NCBI RefSeq assembly: GCF_000281045.1
Contig: NW_008246100.1
Span: forward strand, 145,385-209,384
Reading direction: 5' to 3'
DNA: 64,000 nucleotides
DNA from: Saprolegnia diclina VS20
Taxonomy: Eukaryota
Positions 1-11,575 of this stretch are shown here, one piece after another. Below the pieces are notes generated by a model that saw only the letters and a program-made list of their open reading frames with translations, ran no database searches and was not told where the DNA came from. The stretch's first letter is position 1; each line of letters begins with the position of its first letter. The position numbers were made by a program, and so were the translations under genes.

Positions 1-386
1 TGAAGCACGTCCTTTTCGGAACATGCAGTCGTCTCTACGACACCTTGCAGGGCAACGCAAATACCACAGAGCTGGCTAGTACTTGTACCATTTATAGTGA
101 TAAGCATTTGGCCTCATCGAGAACCCCAAGCAAGAAGCTCGCCGCCAAGCCCCTTGGGCAACGCCGCAACAGCGAGTGCCAGCAGAGGAAGACCACCCGG
201 ACTGATGTGGTGTGACCGGTCTGTCAGCGCGTTGCATGCGTTCGAGTGATTTCGACAAACCGAAAGGTATAAGTAGTAATTGGAGAGTTCAAAATTTGGT
301 TAATCAAATCGACAAGTTGTACATTCGGTAAATTCACTTAAAGCTGCAGGGTTATTATAGTCGTTTTTATATAAAGTAATCACACA

Positions 387-2430
387 CTAGACGGCAAAGC
401 GCTGGGCGTAGGCCTCGCCTTCCGAGAGCACATGTTCGACGTTCTCCTTGAAGGCGATGCAGGCCGAGACGGCGAGCGAGATGTTGTGCAGTCGCGTCGC
501 GATCTCTTGTTCGCACTGCGCCTTCATGCTCTCGTACGCGTCGCGCGTCTCCTTGTGCAGCGCCTCGGCGCGCACGTTCTCAGCGTTGAGCTCTTCCTCG
601 CTCTTGACGTGCTGGAGCTCGAGCTCGACGTCCTCGATCGCCTTGGCCTTCTGGTCGAGGAGGAGGTCCATCGAGTCCTTCTCGCGGCGCATGATCTCGC
701 TCATCTTGCGCTCTTGGTTCTCCATGTTGCGGACGGCCTCGAGCGCGTTCTCTCGCTGGAGCGCCGTGCTCTCGACTTGGGCCTTGAGCTCGAGCGACTT
801 GTCGAGGAGCCGGTCGAGGCGCTCGATGCGCTGCTTCTTGAACTTGTAGATGTTGGGCACGACGCTCTTCTTGAGGTGGTTGATGAGCGCCGTCGCAGCC
901 GAGACGCCGCCCGAGTGCGCGTCGATCGAAATGCCATAGTCAAAGCCGCCGCCGTACTTGCCAAAGAGCTTGAGACGCGTCGCCGTCACCATGTAGCGCT
1001 TCACGCTCTCCTCCAACGCGTCTTTCATCTCGGAGATCGCCGTCTCCTTTTGCCAGTGCTGGCTCTGGAGATCCTTGTAGCGCACTTCAGCCTGCTGCAG
1101 CTGCTCCTGGAGGCGCTGGCGCTCCTTCACCAAGCGGTCGAGGTCCTCCGCCGTCAGCTCCTGCGTGTCGATGCGACGCTGCAGCTGTGCGATTCGCACT
1201 TGGATCGCTTGGTACTCCTCCTCTACAAAGTGGAGCCCATGAGCCATCATAGTACGATGATGGTAGTGTACGCTTTTTGGCAATCTTCTGTTCGGTCGAG
1301 TGGATGACGACACCGGCGTGCTCCTTGTTGGCCTCGAGCTTCTGAACGAGGTCTTGAAGCTTCTCGCGATCGTGCTGAAGGTCGCGCTTCTTGGCGTTGA
1401 AGTGGGCGAGCGTCTACAGCAGGTGTCCTTGGTATGGCGGCTAGGCTCGAGCGACGTACCGGCGCCTTCTTGGCTTGCTCAATCTGCCGACGCAGCTCGT
1501 CGTTCTCTTCCAAGATGGCATGTGTCTCGTTGGCAATGACGTCGTGCTTTGCGTCTACGTGCCCATGCATGTCGTAAGAGTCCACGGGTCGTAAGGGTAA
1601 ATGTCGTACCGATCTTTTGGATGAGCTGGGCTTCAAGCATGTTGTACTCGTCGTCCTTGGCGTTCAAGAAGGCTTCGTACGAGTTGGCGAGGTACTCGAA
1701 GAAGTTGTCGCCGTCGTACTCGTCGCCTTGCTCGTAGTCGTGCTGCACGATTTCGTCGTACTGTCCACAGCGTGAGGTCGTGGCGATTGCAGAAATCATC
1801 ATGAAATACCTTGAGAAGCTCAATCATCCACGAGATTGCGGCAAGAAGGGACGGCCACGAGTGAGGACTTCCGACGGCCGCGAGCGCTGCTTTGCTGATC
1901 GGGAAAGGGTACTTGAGCTGGCGAAAGCACGTCGCGACGTCGTCTTCGATCTTGGGCGAGTACTCAAAGTTGCGATCGAGCTGGCGGAAGAGGAACTGCA
2001 TGATGTAGACAAAGTCCTTCTTCATCGGCTTGAAGAGCAAATGCGAGTTGATCTGGTGCTCGTAGTTGTGCTCCGAGAGGTACTCGACCAGCAGCCGAAT
2101 CGCGTTGTTCATGAAGCTCCGATCCGCCACCGGGCGAGGGTCCATAACGCGGTTGCCCCGCGCCCCGAAGGTGCTGCTTCGCCGGCCCGACCCCATGGAC
2201 CCGTTCTTGCCGATCGAGTGCGTCCGATGGCCGGCGCTGGCAACCATGCTGTTGCGGCCCAGCGGCAGGCGGTTCTTCATGCTCTCGCGACGTTGTGCCA
2301 AGGAGCTCATGGACTGGCGGCCGGCCGACGGACCCGCGGCCGGCTTGGCCACGGGGATCCGCGATGGCTGCGACGAGCTCATCGAGTTGAGCTGCGAGGA
2401 CGATATCGGGCCGAGCGTCGTTCGTCGCAT
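387..2430 (-). CDS. NDC80: Kinetochore protein Ndc80/HEC1 (multi-exon)
   Basis: MRRTTLG start at 2430; basic N-tail; CH domain motifs DPRP..D, LKYPFPISK and GSPHSWPSLLAAISWM; long C-terminal coiled coil in ORF 387-1313; ORF pieces joined by short GT-AG introns (e.g. about 1762-1810). Confidence 0.92.
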
Positions 2431-3096
2431 ACCTCGGCAATTCAAATATTCAAATGGCAAACCACTTGGCAATTGTATGCAGCCTCTCGCGTGGAGTTTT
2501 CAGGTTGTCATGCATTCGATTGGCCAGCAATTAAAATTCCCAGATGGCTACCCAATCATCCATCGGAATCTGTCCATTTTGGCCAATCATTATGAGTGAA
2601 AGCAACCTCGCCGGTCAGAGAGCGGCCCTTTGCCAGCTCAAGGCGAGAGCATACAAATCGCTGGTGTATGGCACCGAGCGCAAGGTCGGCATGGCAGCTT
2701 GCTCGCTCGCTCTGCGCTTGATGCAACTCAACCTCCAACGTGCGAATTGAAGCATGTGGTGAGTGAGATTGGTCCACGGTGACGCAAATCTTTGCTTTTG
2801 AATAGGGGTCCCTAGTTCAAAAATTATGGGGGCACCACCCACTTCAACGAATTTCTGGATTTCAAGCTTGTTTTTACTATACTGAAAATTGAGAAGTTTG
2901 CTGCGGTGGGAGATTGACATCCTAAATTAAAAGCGATTAGACTACTGCATATTTGTATGTAATATATTAAAAAGAATCAATTGCACCGTCGGACCCGGTT
3001 GGTGGATACTACGGGCCCCATGAAAATAGATCGAACAACAGAACGGAGCAGCTTTCGTGCTTGGGAACTGCCATCGGGCGTCGAGACGCAAGCAGC
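2431..3096. promoter_or_regulatory. Divergent promoter region between NDC80 and the FHIP-like gene, with several CCAAT boxes
   Basis: AT-richer intergenic stretch between head-to-head genes; GATTGG/CCAAT near 2518, 2552, 2583 and 2768. Confidence 0.55.
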
Positions 3097-5637
3097 ATGA
3101 GCTGGTTCAAGAACAAGATGAAGGCCGCTGCCTCCATGGTGCTTGGCCGCAGCGCCGCCCGTGCTAACGCTGCTGCGTAGGTCGCGCAGGCCGCGGAGGC
3201 CGTCGCGCCGTCGTTGAATCTCACCATGGCGCTCTACAAGACGCCCGTCGAGGAGTTTCACCATCGCTGGCAGATCATCTCGCTCTTCCTCGAGGCCGTC
3301 ATTGCCGAGAATCTGCCGGAAGCGACGCAGAAGAAGCAGCTCAGCGACTCGAACACGCGCGACAACCTGGCCAAGCTGGTCAAGCTGCTGTACGCCGAGG
3401 AAGATGCGCTCGATCGCCAGGTGCACGACCGCGACACGTCGATTGACCAGCGCCCATGCATGGAGTACCTCCTCGAGCATAATGTGATCCAGCAGCTCTG
3501 CGCCAAGGCTGCCGACGATTCGCCGAGCGGTCTCATGGTGCTCGTCATCATCTTCCTCACCGACCTCCTCCGCGAGTCCAAGATCAACTACCCCATCTTG
3601 CCAACGCGTGGCGTCTATCGCTCCGTGTGCGAGCTCATCCAGGGCGCAATGGTCCGCGAAGTCGAAGACGAGATGGTCGAAAAGTGCTTGCTCCACTGCC
3701 TCCACGCGCTCTGGGTCAAGCTCAAGGGCGACCCGGTGCAGACCGAGTTTTTCTTTATGCGCATCTACAAGACGACGACGCCCAACAACGAGCTCGCGCT
3801 CTCACCGACGCGCATCTCGGAGCTCGTGCTCTTCACGGGTCTCCTCCCGCACATGTACCGCGCCGGCAAGCTCGGACTCAAGTGCCGCGAAGGCCTCGCG
3901 ATCGCGGCCGGCCTCCAGGAGCCTGGCCTCGCGCGCTTCATCCTCAAGATGACACCGTTCTGCAACTACGCGGTCACGGGGATCATTGGCGCCTTTGACG
4001 CGCTGCCCAAGACGCTTGGCGTCAAGCACGAAAAGTCGTTCCGGTCCGTCGACCTCGACATGATCCAGCAAGAGCTCGATATTCTCGCGGGCCGCCTCCG
4101 CTTTTGCTCGACCTTGGCCATGGTCGGGACGTTTGAGATCCTCGACGAAGAGCGCCCCGCGACGCCGCCCAAAGGACTGCCGGCCTCGACCCCCGTCACG
4201 CGGCTCCGATCGATCACAAGCGAGATCCTCGTGCAATTCCACGACCGGTTCCTGGCCGGCCCGTTTCTCGATGCGCTCCTCGACACGGCGGAAGCAGCGT
4301 CGCGCACGGCGCTCGTCTACGCGCGGTCGATCTTGGACATGCTTGGCGGGTCGCCGGCCTCGAACCCGCTGCTCCAAGGGTACATTTCATTTCTGCTGAG
4401 CCACATGCACGCCAAGGCGGCGCCCACGGCTATGCCCGTGGTGTCGTCGTCGCACGAGCTGCTGCCGCCACCGATATCGGTGGCCTCGTCGGCCAAGCCG
4501 CAGCGGCTACTGCAAGAGCTTGTGTACCGACTCAACTCGCTCTCGGTGCCGTTGAGCATTGCGACCATCGAGCTCTTTGCGAGTCTTCTCTCGCTGCGCA
4601 CAACGGTCGTGGAGGACGCCCTCTTGCCACCGCCGCGCAGCCACAAGACGCCGGTGCACATTGTTTGGTTTGCGTCTCGATTTCCCCACGCATCCGTGGC
4701 CGCGATCACGGCCAACGCCGCGCTCTGGGCAGCGGTCAAGCAGCACGACTTTGCGGCCCTGCAGAGCTTTGTGGCCGACGCTCCGACGTTGGCGGACGGC
4801 GAGCTCGTCTCGCTTCTCTCGTACATTGCGGTTGCCGAGCAGTCGGCGTGCTCGGAAAAGTCCAAGACCGATGCGAGCGACACGGAAGATGAAGACGAGT
4901 TCGACGACGAAGACGTTGACGAAGACGAGATCGTCGATCGCCCCACGCGCCGAGGGTCGTGGGCGCTCTGTGTGCCGTCCGTGTCGCAGGTGCCGACGCG
5001 CGTACCGTCATCGACATCGCTCGCGTCGCTTTTCGAGTCGGTGCTCTTTGGCCGCCTCGAGCGCTGGCTCGACAATAGCTTGACCGAGAACATTGCGCTC
5101 TCGGGCTTGATCACGCTTCTCGCGTCGCTTCGACCGCACCTCGTGTTTGACTGGGACCAAGAGCTCGAGAAGGGCAAGTCGGTGCGAAGCATCCTCGAAG
5201 ACGTCCACCTCGACGCCTGCGCACGCATTCAAAGGATACCGCAAGGCTGGCAGGTTGTATCGGACGTGCAGGCGCAGCTGCTAGCCAACGCCAACGTCGA
5301 CGAAGCCAACAGTGTGATTGTCGCCTTCGTCGTGCTCGAAGAAGTCTTGAAGGAGCTCGTCGCGCTCCTCGTGGCCCAAGACACGGTCAAGACGCTCCCG
5401 CTCAAGCCAGAAGGCTACTACATGGAAGCCAAGAAGACACCCAAGCGAATCTCTCTCTCAAAGGACAGCGACGTCATGAGAGGCGACGACGAAGCCACTT
5501 ATGTCGACTCGGCCAAATCGGTGGACGACGACGAAGACTTGGACAAGCTGTTGGACTCGGCGGCGGAACAGCTAGCGTCCATCATGACGGGGCCGCTCAA
5601 GGCGGACGACACACGACCTCTGGCCAGCGCCGAGTGA
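3097..5637 (+). CDS. FHIP/FAM160 (retinoic acid induced 16-like) family protein
   Basis: Exon 1 MSWFKNKMKAAASM, intron about 3139-3180, then an 800-aa ORF; motifs PCMEYLLEHNVIQQLC, LDNSLTENIALSGLITLLA and VVLEEVLKEL match FAM160/RAI16-like proteins. Confidence 0.8.
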
Positions 5638-5680
5638 TCAATTGAAGGTAGTCTTAATAGATGATAAAGCAACTGCTGCA

Positions 5681-6804
5681 TTAAAACGAGCGTTGGAGCT
5701 TGGCGCGGTTGACATGGTCGAGCAGCATATCGAAGGCCAACTGCGTCACGTGGCGGGCGCGGAGGTGCGCGACTCGTGCCAGCGGGCGCTTGGCTTCCTT
5801 CTGGAAGGCGAGCACGAGCAGGCGGAGACCTGCGACAAGCAAGTCGCGCGTCTTCTTGGCTTCGGCGTCCAAGGTCAGTGTGTGGTGGATCGTCGTCGTG
5901 TCCATCTTGAACCAAGCATTGTCCTTGGCGTCGACGGTCGCGACAGCGAGAAGACTGAGGACGACGGGCGCCGCGGCGCCGCGGTGCGCCTTGGACTCGA
6001 GATACAAGTGCGTGCCCAATGGACTCAGCCGCAGCAAGCGCGACTTGGTGCCATGGCGGACTTTGAGTCCGCGCGACAAGAGAATTCGAAAATGCACGAG
6101 AAGCTCGGCTTCCTTCTCTTGGCGGGAGGGCGGTCCCGTCGGAGGCGCTGATGGCTCGTACGTCGTCGGCTGCTTGGGTGGCGATGGCACAGCAATGGGC
6201 TCTAGCTCGAGCGTCTTGGCCACGACTGCAACCGGCGCGCTTGTTGGACTTGTCGGTCGGTTCCACGCTTGCTGCATGGCCTGCATGACAATGTATTGCT
6301 GGCCCTACACGACCTTCGTCGACTTTGTTGGAAGCCACATGCAACGTACCTGGACGATGGCCCCCGAGCCTTTCTGGATCGCGAGGGACGCGGCCTCGCG
6401 ACAGAGTTGCGACAGCTTGTCGCTGGCCAAATCGATCGAGGCGTCGAGCGACTGCTCGTACCTACGATGGCTTGCAGCCAGGATATTCGAGGAAGCGGGG
6501 CGTACTTGACAAAGTTGGGCGCGAGCAGCTTCTCATAGATTTGCGTCGCGCCGCGAAAGTAGGGCAGCGCGAGCCACGCCATCATGCACACTTTCGCCTC
6601 GTAGTAGAGCGGAATGAAGCTGCCGAGGCGGTCCGCAATGATCTCAAAGACCGAGAAGCATGCGTTGACTGTCCAGAAGACGACCCACTGGATCTGCTCC
6701 TCGGCCGCGTCGTCCTTGGCCGCGACCTTGACCGACATGTAGATCGGGTACGCGTAGCCCACTGCATTGCAGATGCTTCGCGAGAGGAACTGCCCCACGA
6801 GCAT
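5681..6804 (-). CDS. TB2/DP1/HVA22 (REEP/Yop1-like) membrane protein with a C-terminal PH-like region (multi-exon)
   Basis: GYAYPIYMSVK..QWVVFW..FIPLYYEAK..WLALPYFRGATQIYEKLLAP is the HVA22 signature; continues through introns into ORF 5681-6286. Confidence 0.85.
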
Positions 6805-7449
6805 GCTGCGCCTGGCTGCTACTCGTTCTGAGACTGAGCGTTTCGCGGTGGCGTATCCGGAGACCACACAAGGTTTTTCCTTGGCGACCTACAGAGCCCA
6901 AGCTTTGGAGCTAAAAATACTAAGTGCTTATAAACAACGGTTTACGGAAAGAATCTTTTGGTCTGCTGCAGAGGAAGCTGCTTGAGCGCGCTTGGAGAAC
7001 ACGAATCTGTTCGATTAAGCTTACTTTGTGGCGCCACACTGTGAAAGTAAGTACAGCACTAGAGTAAGCTACGGAAGCATGGCAGCGGAGGCCATGGGGC
7101 AAAGCACCTTCTCCAGAAGCATCCCGAGGCTAATTTTGGCTGGCTGGAGATGCCTAAAGGCGCAGCCATGCACGTGGCGATGCCTACCCGACTCACTTGA
7201 TGCTATTTCGCATAGCTACAGTGAAGTCTAGACCACTTATGTGTGCGTCGCGACTGTCACCGCACATTTGGCCGGCCCATCCCAATCAAGCATGTCGGGT
7301 GTAAAAAGTATCCAGCGGGTGGCCAGTATTTAGTTTACCTAAAAGACATAGCGAAGTTGCTGTTGTGTGTCGGCGTCAATTCGGTTATGAAAAAGCGCCG
7401 GGTGCAAAGCCCCATCTGTTGACGCAACGCAGTTTGGATATCAACGGCG

Positions 7450-8232
7450 ATGGCAGCGACGCGAGCCAAGCACGTGCTCGTGACGATCCCGGCGTCCAAC
7501 TTCTGCGAGAAGGCGCGATGGGGTCTGCGCATGGCCAAGGTAGACTTTATTGAGGAGAATCATGCACCTCTCTTCCACTACGCCGGGACGGTCTCCAAGG
7601 GCGGGCGGAGCGTGCCCCTCCTTCTCGTCGGTGGCAGCAAGAGCATCTTGAAGTCGAGCGATGAGATCATGACCTTCTGCGGCGAGAAGCTACCGGCACT
7701 GTACCCGAACGATACAGTCAAGGACAAGGAGCTCTACTACGACAACAAGTTTGGCCCGCACGCCCGCCGGTATGCCTACCATACGCTCTTCTCGATGGGC
7801 CCAGTGGGCCGCGCCGTCGTCACGGACCCGCTCGAGAGCGCAGCGCTCTCGACTACTGTCAGCGCGGTGTTTCCGGTTCTCAAGTCCCTGCTCATTCGGT
7901 CGCTGAACGTCACGCCGGAAGGCGCCGAGCGGTCGTGGGCCAAGATCGAAGCCGAGTTTGCTCGCGTCGACGACATCCTCGGCGCGGCGCCGCTGGGCTC
8001 CACGTACTTGGCCGGCCCGACGTTCTCGGCCGCCGACATCTCGTTCTGCTCGCATGTCTCGATGCTGCTCGGGCCCAAGCAAAGCCGGTACATTGCGCCG
8101 TACTTGAACCCGGCCAACATGCCCCCTAAATTTCAAGAGCGCTACGAGTTCCTTCGCCGCTCCAAGGCCGGGCAGTTCGTCTTGTATTGCTACGAGAAGC
8201 ACTACCCATCGGCGCTCGAGTCGAAGCTCTAG
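7450..8232 (+). CDS. Glutathione S-transferase-like protein
   Basis: N-terminal TIPASNFCEKARW and SVP..SDEI; C-terminal YLAGPTFSAADISF. Confidence 0.85.
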   Translation: MAATRAKHVLVTIPASNFCEKARWGLRMAKVDFIEENHAPLFHYAGTVSKGGRSVPLLLVGGSKSILKSSDEIMTFCGEKLPALYPNDTVKDKELYYDNKFGPHARRYAYHTLFSMGPVGRAVVTDPLESAALSTTVSAVFPVLKSLLIRSLNVTPEGAERSWAKIEAEFARVDDILGAAPLGSTYLAGPTFSAADISFCSHVSMLLGPKQSRYIAPYLNPANMPPKFQERYEFLRRSKAGQFVLYCYEKHYPSALESKL

Positions 8233-8449
8233 TCGTCCATCTTCGATGCGTTCACAGAGTGGTCAATGCACTTCTTGTCTGTCTACCTCGTGGCAGCTGC
8301 CACGATCGTTTCGTGCTGAGCACTTTTCTGGTGCGAAACCAGATCTTGGCTTGAATTTTAGCCAATACAAGCGTCCAGCGTACATTCGAACGTGTTTGAT
8401 TGGTTAAAAATCGAAAGGAGCAGATTTGTACTGACTTGGCCATTCCAGC

Positions 8450-9169
8450 ATGACGGGCAAGAAGAAGCGATATAGCGCCGAGGAGCTCGAGGCCGCGGTG
8501 CAGGCGTACGTCGGTGGCACCAAGCTGCGCGAGGTGCACCAGAAGTTCCCGCACATCCCCGAGCGCACGATCACGAACCGCGCCAACAAGTTTGTCAACG
8601 ATGTCAAGCTGCAGAAGCCAGGCCCGGCGCCCGTGCTGAGCGTGCCGATCGAGACCAACATTGCTGCGTGGATCGTCGAGATGCAAACGAATGGCTTCCA
8701 CGTCTCTCGGCAAATGGTGCTCAGCAAGGCGAATGAGATCTACCACACGTCCAACCGCGCTGCGCCGCCGTCCGGGTACCTCGGCGACGGCTGGCTTAAG
8801 CGCTTCATGGAGCGCCATCCCGAGCTCACGCTGCGCGACGCCAAAGGCAGTAAACGCGTTCGCGTACCCGAGACGCCCAAGCTGCAGGCTCCGCTGGAGG
8901 CGCCGGCGGTCAAGCGACCTGCGACGAGTGCAGCCCGCGCGGCGACGCCGCCGCCCTTCGAAGAGGCCATTGACGAAAAGCACGCCGAGAAGAAGCAAGA
9001 GATGGAAATGGAAATTCTCAAAAAGACGCTGCGGATCAAGAGCATCGAAGTGATCAGCTCGACACTCCTCGCGCGGCAAAAGCTCGTCGAGGCCGGTGTT
9101 CCGCAAGACGACATTGACAAGATGCTGCCACTGCCGCCGCCGGAAGAAGGCATGCCGCTCATGCAATGA
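8450..9169 (+). CDS. Psq-type HTH plus CENP-B/Tc5 HTH DNA-binding protein (pogo/Tc5 transposase-derived, no DDE domain)
   Basis: YS.EEL..AV..Y..G..LR..IP.RT (psq HTH); GP.PVL...E..I..WI......G..VS..M...KA..I..G.GWLKRFMERHPELTLR (CENP-B HTH); ends without a catalytic domain. Confidence 0.85.
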   Translation: MTGKKKRYSAEELEAAVQAYVGGTKLREVHQKFPHIPERTITNRANKFVNDVKLQKPGPAPVLSVPIETNIAAWIVEMQTNGFHVSRQMVLSKANEIYHTSNRAAPPSGYLGDGWLKRFMERHPELTLRDAKGSKRVRVPETPKLQAPLEAPAVKRPATSAARAATPPPFEEAIDEKHAEKKQEMEMEILKKTLRIKSIEVISSTLLARQKLVEAGVPQDDIDKMLPLPPPEEGMPLMQ

Positions 9170-9396
9170 TCCTCTCCAGTAATATAACGTCGCGTGCCTG
9201 TATGTCGCCTCTACGCTATAGGAATGTGTCCTCCCCACCGTGCATGGCACGTAGCCGACTCGACGACGATGACCATTGGCACTTTGGGGCATCACACAGA
9301 ACCACGGACGACGCATGCTATCTTGAATGCTAGTAGCTGCATGCGGAGAAGGGATCTTGTGTCTTGTGGACGGGTCGACGTAAACTGGGAACGAAC

Positions 9397-10044
9397 TTAG
9401 ATGCGGGCGATTGTTGTTGGTTGCCGTTGAGCTGGTAGCGGCAGCGGCAGCATTGCGTCAATGTCGCTTCGGGGCACGCCAGCGTTCACAAGCTTTTGCC
9501 GCGCGAGCATCGTCGAGAGGACGACCTGAACGTTCTTGAGCTCCAAGTCCATCTTCATCATGTCCGTCTCGAGCGCATACTTGGTGCGCTCCAGCTCTAA
9601 CAGATCGACGAGCGAGATTGCGTCGGGTTTCGCCTTCTTCGTTGGCTCGGGCTCGGGCGATGCGGGGCGCTTGGCGGGAGCGGCCGACCGTCGCTTGGGC
9701 GCCACAGCGATCTGCATCGTGGACGGAATCAGCGCCGCCGGGAAGTAGACGAGCTTTGCGTCCGGGTCCTGCCCGCTGTACGCGATCCAATGGTCCCAGT
9801 GGTGTAGTCGGTTGTGCTGCACAAAGTTGTCTGTCCGGAACGGCGGCTCGTAGACCTTGACCTGCGTCGCGATGCTGCGCGCGCGCTCCGATCGAATCTG
9901 CCGGCCAAAGTGCACGCAAAAGAGGCACGTGGCCTGGAGCGCGTCGCCAGTGTTGACGTCGCGGCTCGTCACGGACACGCCGTACTTGACCTCGTGCTCG
10001 GGCCGCAGCACGCCACGCTGCTGCTTGGGTTCGTTGCTCTGCAT
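9397..10044 (-). CDS. Putative BED-like zinc-finger protein with the shared C-terminal coiled-coil module
   Basis: HEVKYG..CLFCVHFGR..PPFRTDNFVQHNRLHH (C2H2-type ligands); C-terminus STMLARQKLVNAGVPRSDIDAMLPLP. Confidence 0.7.
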   Translation of the reverse strand: MQSNEPKQQRGVLRPEHEVKYGVSVTSRDVNTGDALQATCLFCVHFGRQIRSERARSIATQVKVYEPPFRTDNFVQHNRLHHWDHWIAYSGQDPDAKLVYFPAALIPSTMQIAVAPKRRSAAPAKRPASPEPEPTKKAKPDAISLVDLLELERTKYALETDMMKMDLELKNVQVVLSTMLARQKLVNAGVPRSDIDAMLPLPLPAQRQPTTIARI

Positions 10045-10528
10045 GGCCTAACGTCGGTCTTCCTTGCACTAGCTTATTAAATCATTTGAGCATTGTATTT
10101 AAATGCACCATTCTTTTTTATTTCGAGCTGCCAATCAAACGCCTCTAAGAACTAGGCTGGCACGGACCAATCACCGGCTGCGGCTTCGAACGCTAGGTAC
10201 CTCGGATGGCAACGGCTTGTCGAGCTGCCGGCACTGGTTGCGTTGGCCGGTCGGCGTCGATGCTTGGGCTTACGACAGCAATCTTGCTTCATATGCAGGA
10301 GGTACTGGGTCCAAGCACCGGAAGTGTTGTCCCTCTTGTCTTATTGCCCATCATATTGCGTTGGTGTTGCAGTCACCACGTTTTGGTTCGACAGACTTCA
10401 CACCACTCTGCTCGATAGGAAGGAGGCCATAGACGACGACCTGCGTTGCGCAAGGATCCTGCGTTATTAAAGGGGGTGCTATTACATGTATCCTGGATAG
10501 CTGGATGCCTAGATTCCTACTGTACTGT

Positions 10529-11224
10529 CTACACGGTGGCGTTGAGCCGTGGCAGTGGCAACACAAGGTCGATCTCGTCGCGCGCTATACCAGCATCGGC
10601 TAGCGACTGCCGCGCCAACATCGTCGCGCTGATGACCTCGATCTTCTTGAGCTCGACGGATTTTCGCAGCATTTCGACCTCCATGACGTGCTTGGATCGC
10701 TCCATCGCGAGACGTTCGTCGGCCATCGCAATGTGTACGTCGTCGCTCGTCGGTGGCAACGGCGACTCGGCGACAGTCAGACCTGCACGCTTCGGTTCAC
10801 GCAGCGTGGGTGATGCCACCGGCTTGCGCTTCGGCGGCGGGACCATCATCGAAGGTTGCGTCGTTGGGAAGTAGCTACGCTTTTGCTCGTATGTCAACAC
10901 GCAGTACTCGGCCCAGCGATCGCGGTGGTGGGCGAGGTTGTGTTGGGCGAGGTTGTCGAGACGGAACGGCGGCTGGTACATTTTGACCGTCGACAAGGGC
11001 TTGCGCGTCCGGCCCTCGGCCTGCTGGCGGCCAAAGTGCAAGCAGAAGAGACACATGGCCTCCTGCGCTTCGTTCGCCTCGCGCACCGTCACCTTGAGGC
11101 CGTACTTGACTTCGTGGTCGAACCCGATGGACGCATTGCGTTTCTTGGGCTTGTCCGCCTGGTCGGTCATCGTCCGATGGCCGCCGCCGACAGTCGAGTC
11201 GTTTGCCAACCGGTCCATCGTCAT
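10529..11224 (-). CDS. Paralog of 9397-10044 (BED-like zinc finger plus shared C-terminal module); start may be 11170
   Basis: HEVKYG..CLFCLHFGR..PPFRLDNLAQHNLAHH; C-terminus ATMLARQSLADAGIARDEIDLVLPLP. Confidence 0.7.
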   Translation of the reverse strand: MTMDRLANDSTVGGGHRTMTDQADKPKKRNASIGFDHEVKYGLKVTVREANEAQEAMCLFCLHFGRQQAEGRTRKPLSTVKMYQPPFRLDNLAQHNLAHHRDRWAEYCVLTYEQKRSYFPTTQPSMMVPPPKRKPVASPTLREPKRAGLTVAESPLPPTSDDVHIAMADERLAMERSKHVMEVEMLRKSVELKKIEVISATMLARQSLADAGIARDEIDLVLPLPRLNATV

Positions 11225-11575
11225 ATCCGTAAATCCTGCCCTGGCCTAGGGTTTCCGGATACGGCGACCAAAAAGACGCGGCGCCTTCCAGCTCCTGGTA
11301 GTCCAAGTAAGTACCATGGTATAAGTATAGTTGTGGTGTACTTCTGCTCTCGGGAATGCTCGGCAGCAGCAGCAAGTCGGGCTCCTCGGTGGCAGCTCTT
11401 GGCACACCAGGACGGGTCGACAACATTAAATGCCACAGGTCCTATGGAATTTGAGAGGTTCTTCCAGCAGCTCTTTTTTCAAAATCACGCACTTGTACTA
11501 GGTGTTTGTATCGTCTTTAAGCTGGATATTAAATTACTCTCGCGGGCCAATGAACAACCAGAAACTTCGTCGGTG

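Noticed and set aside
8450..9169. Intact pogo/Tc5 transposon
   Set aside because: No DDE domain and no terminal inverted repeats or target-site duplications seen
10856..11575. Long 5' extension of the PPR-like ORF overlapping the zinc-finger gene
   Set aside because: Antisense read-through across a divergent promoter; the real start is the presequence ATG at 11576
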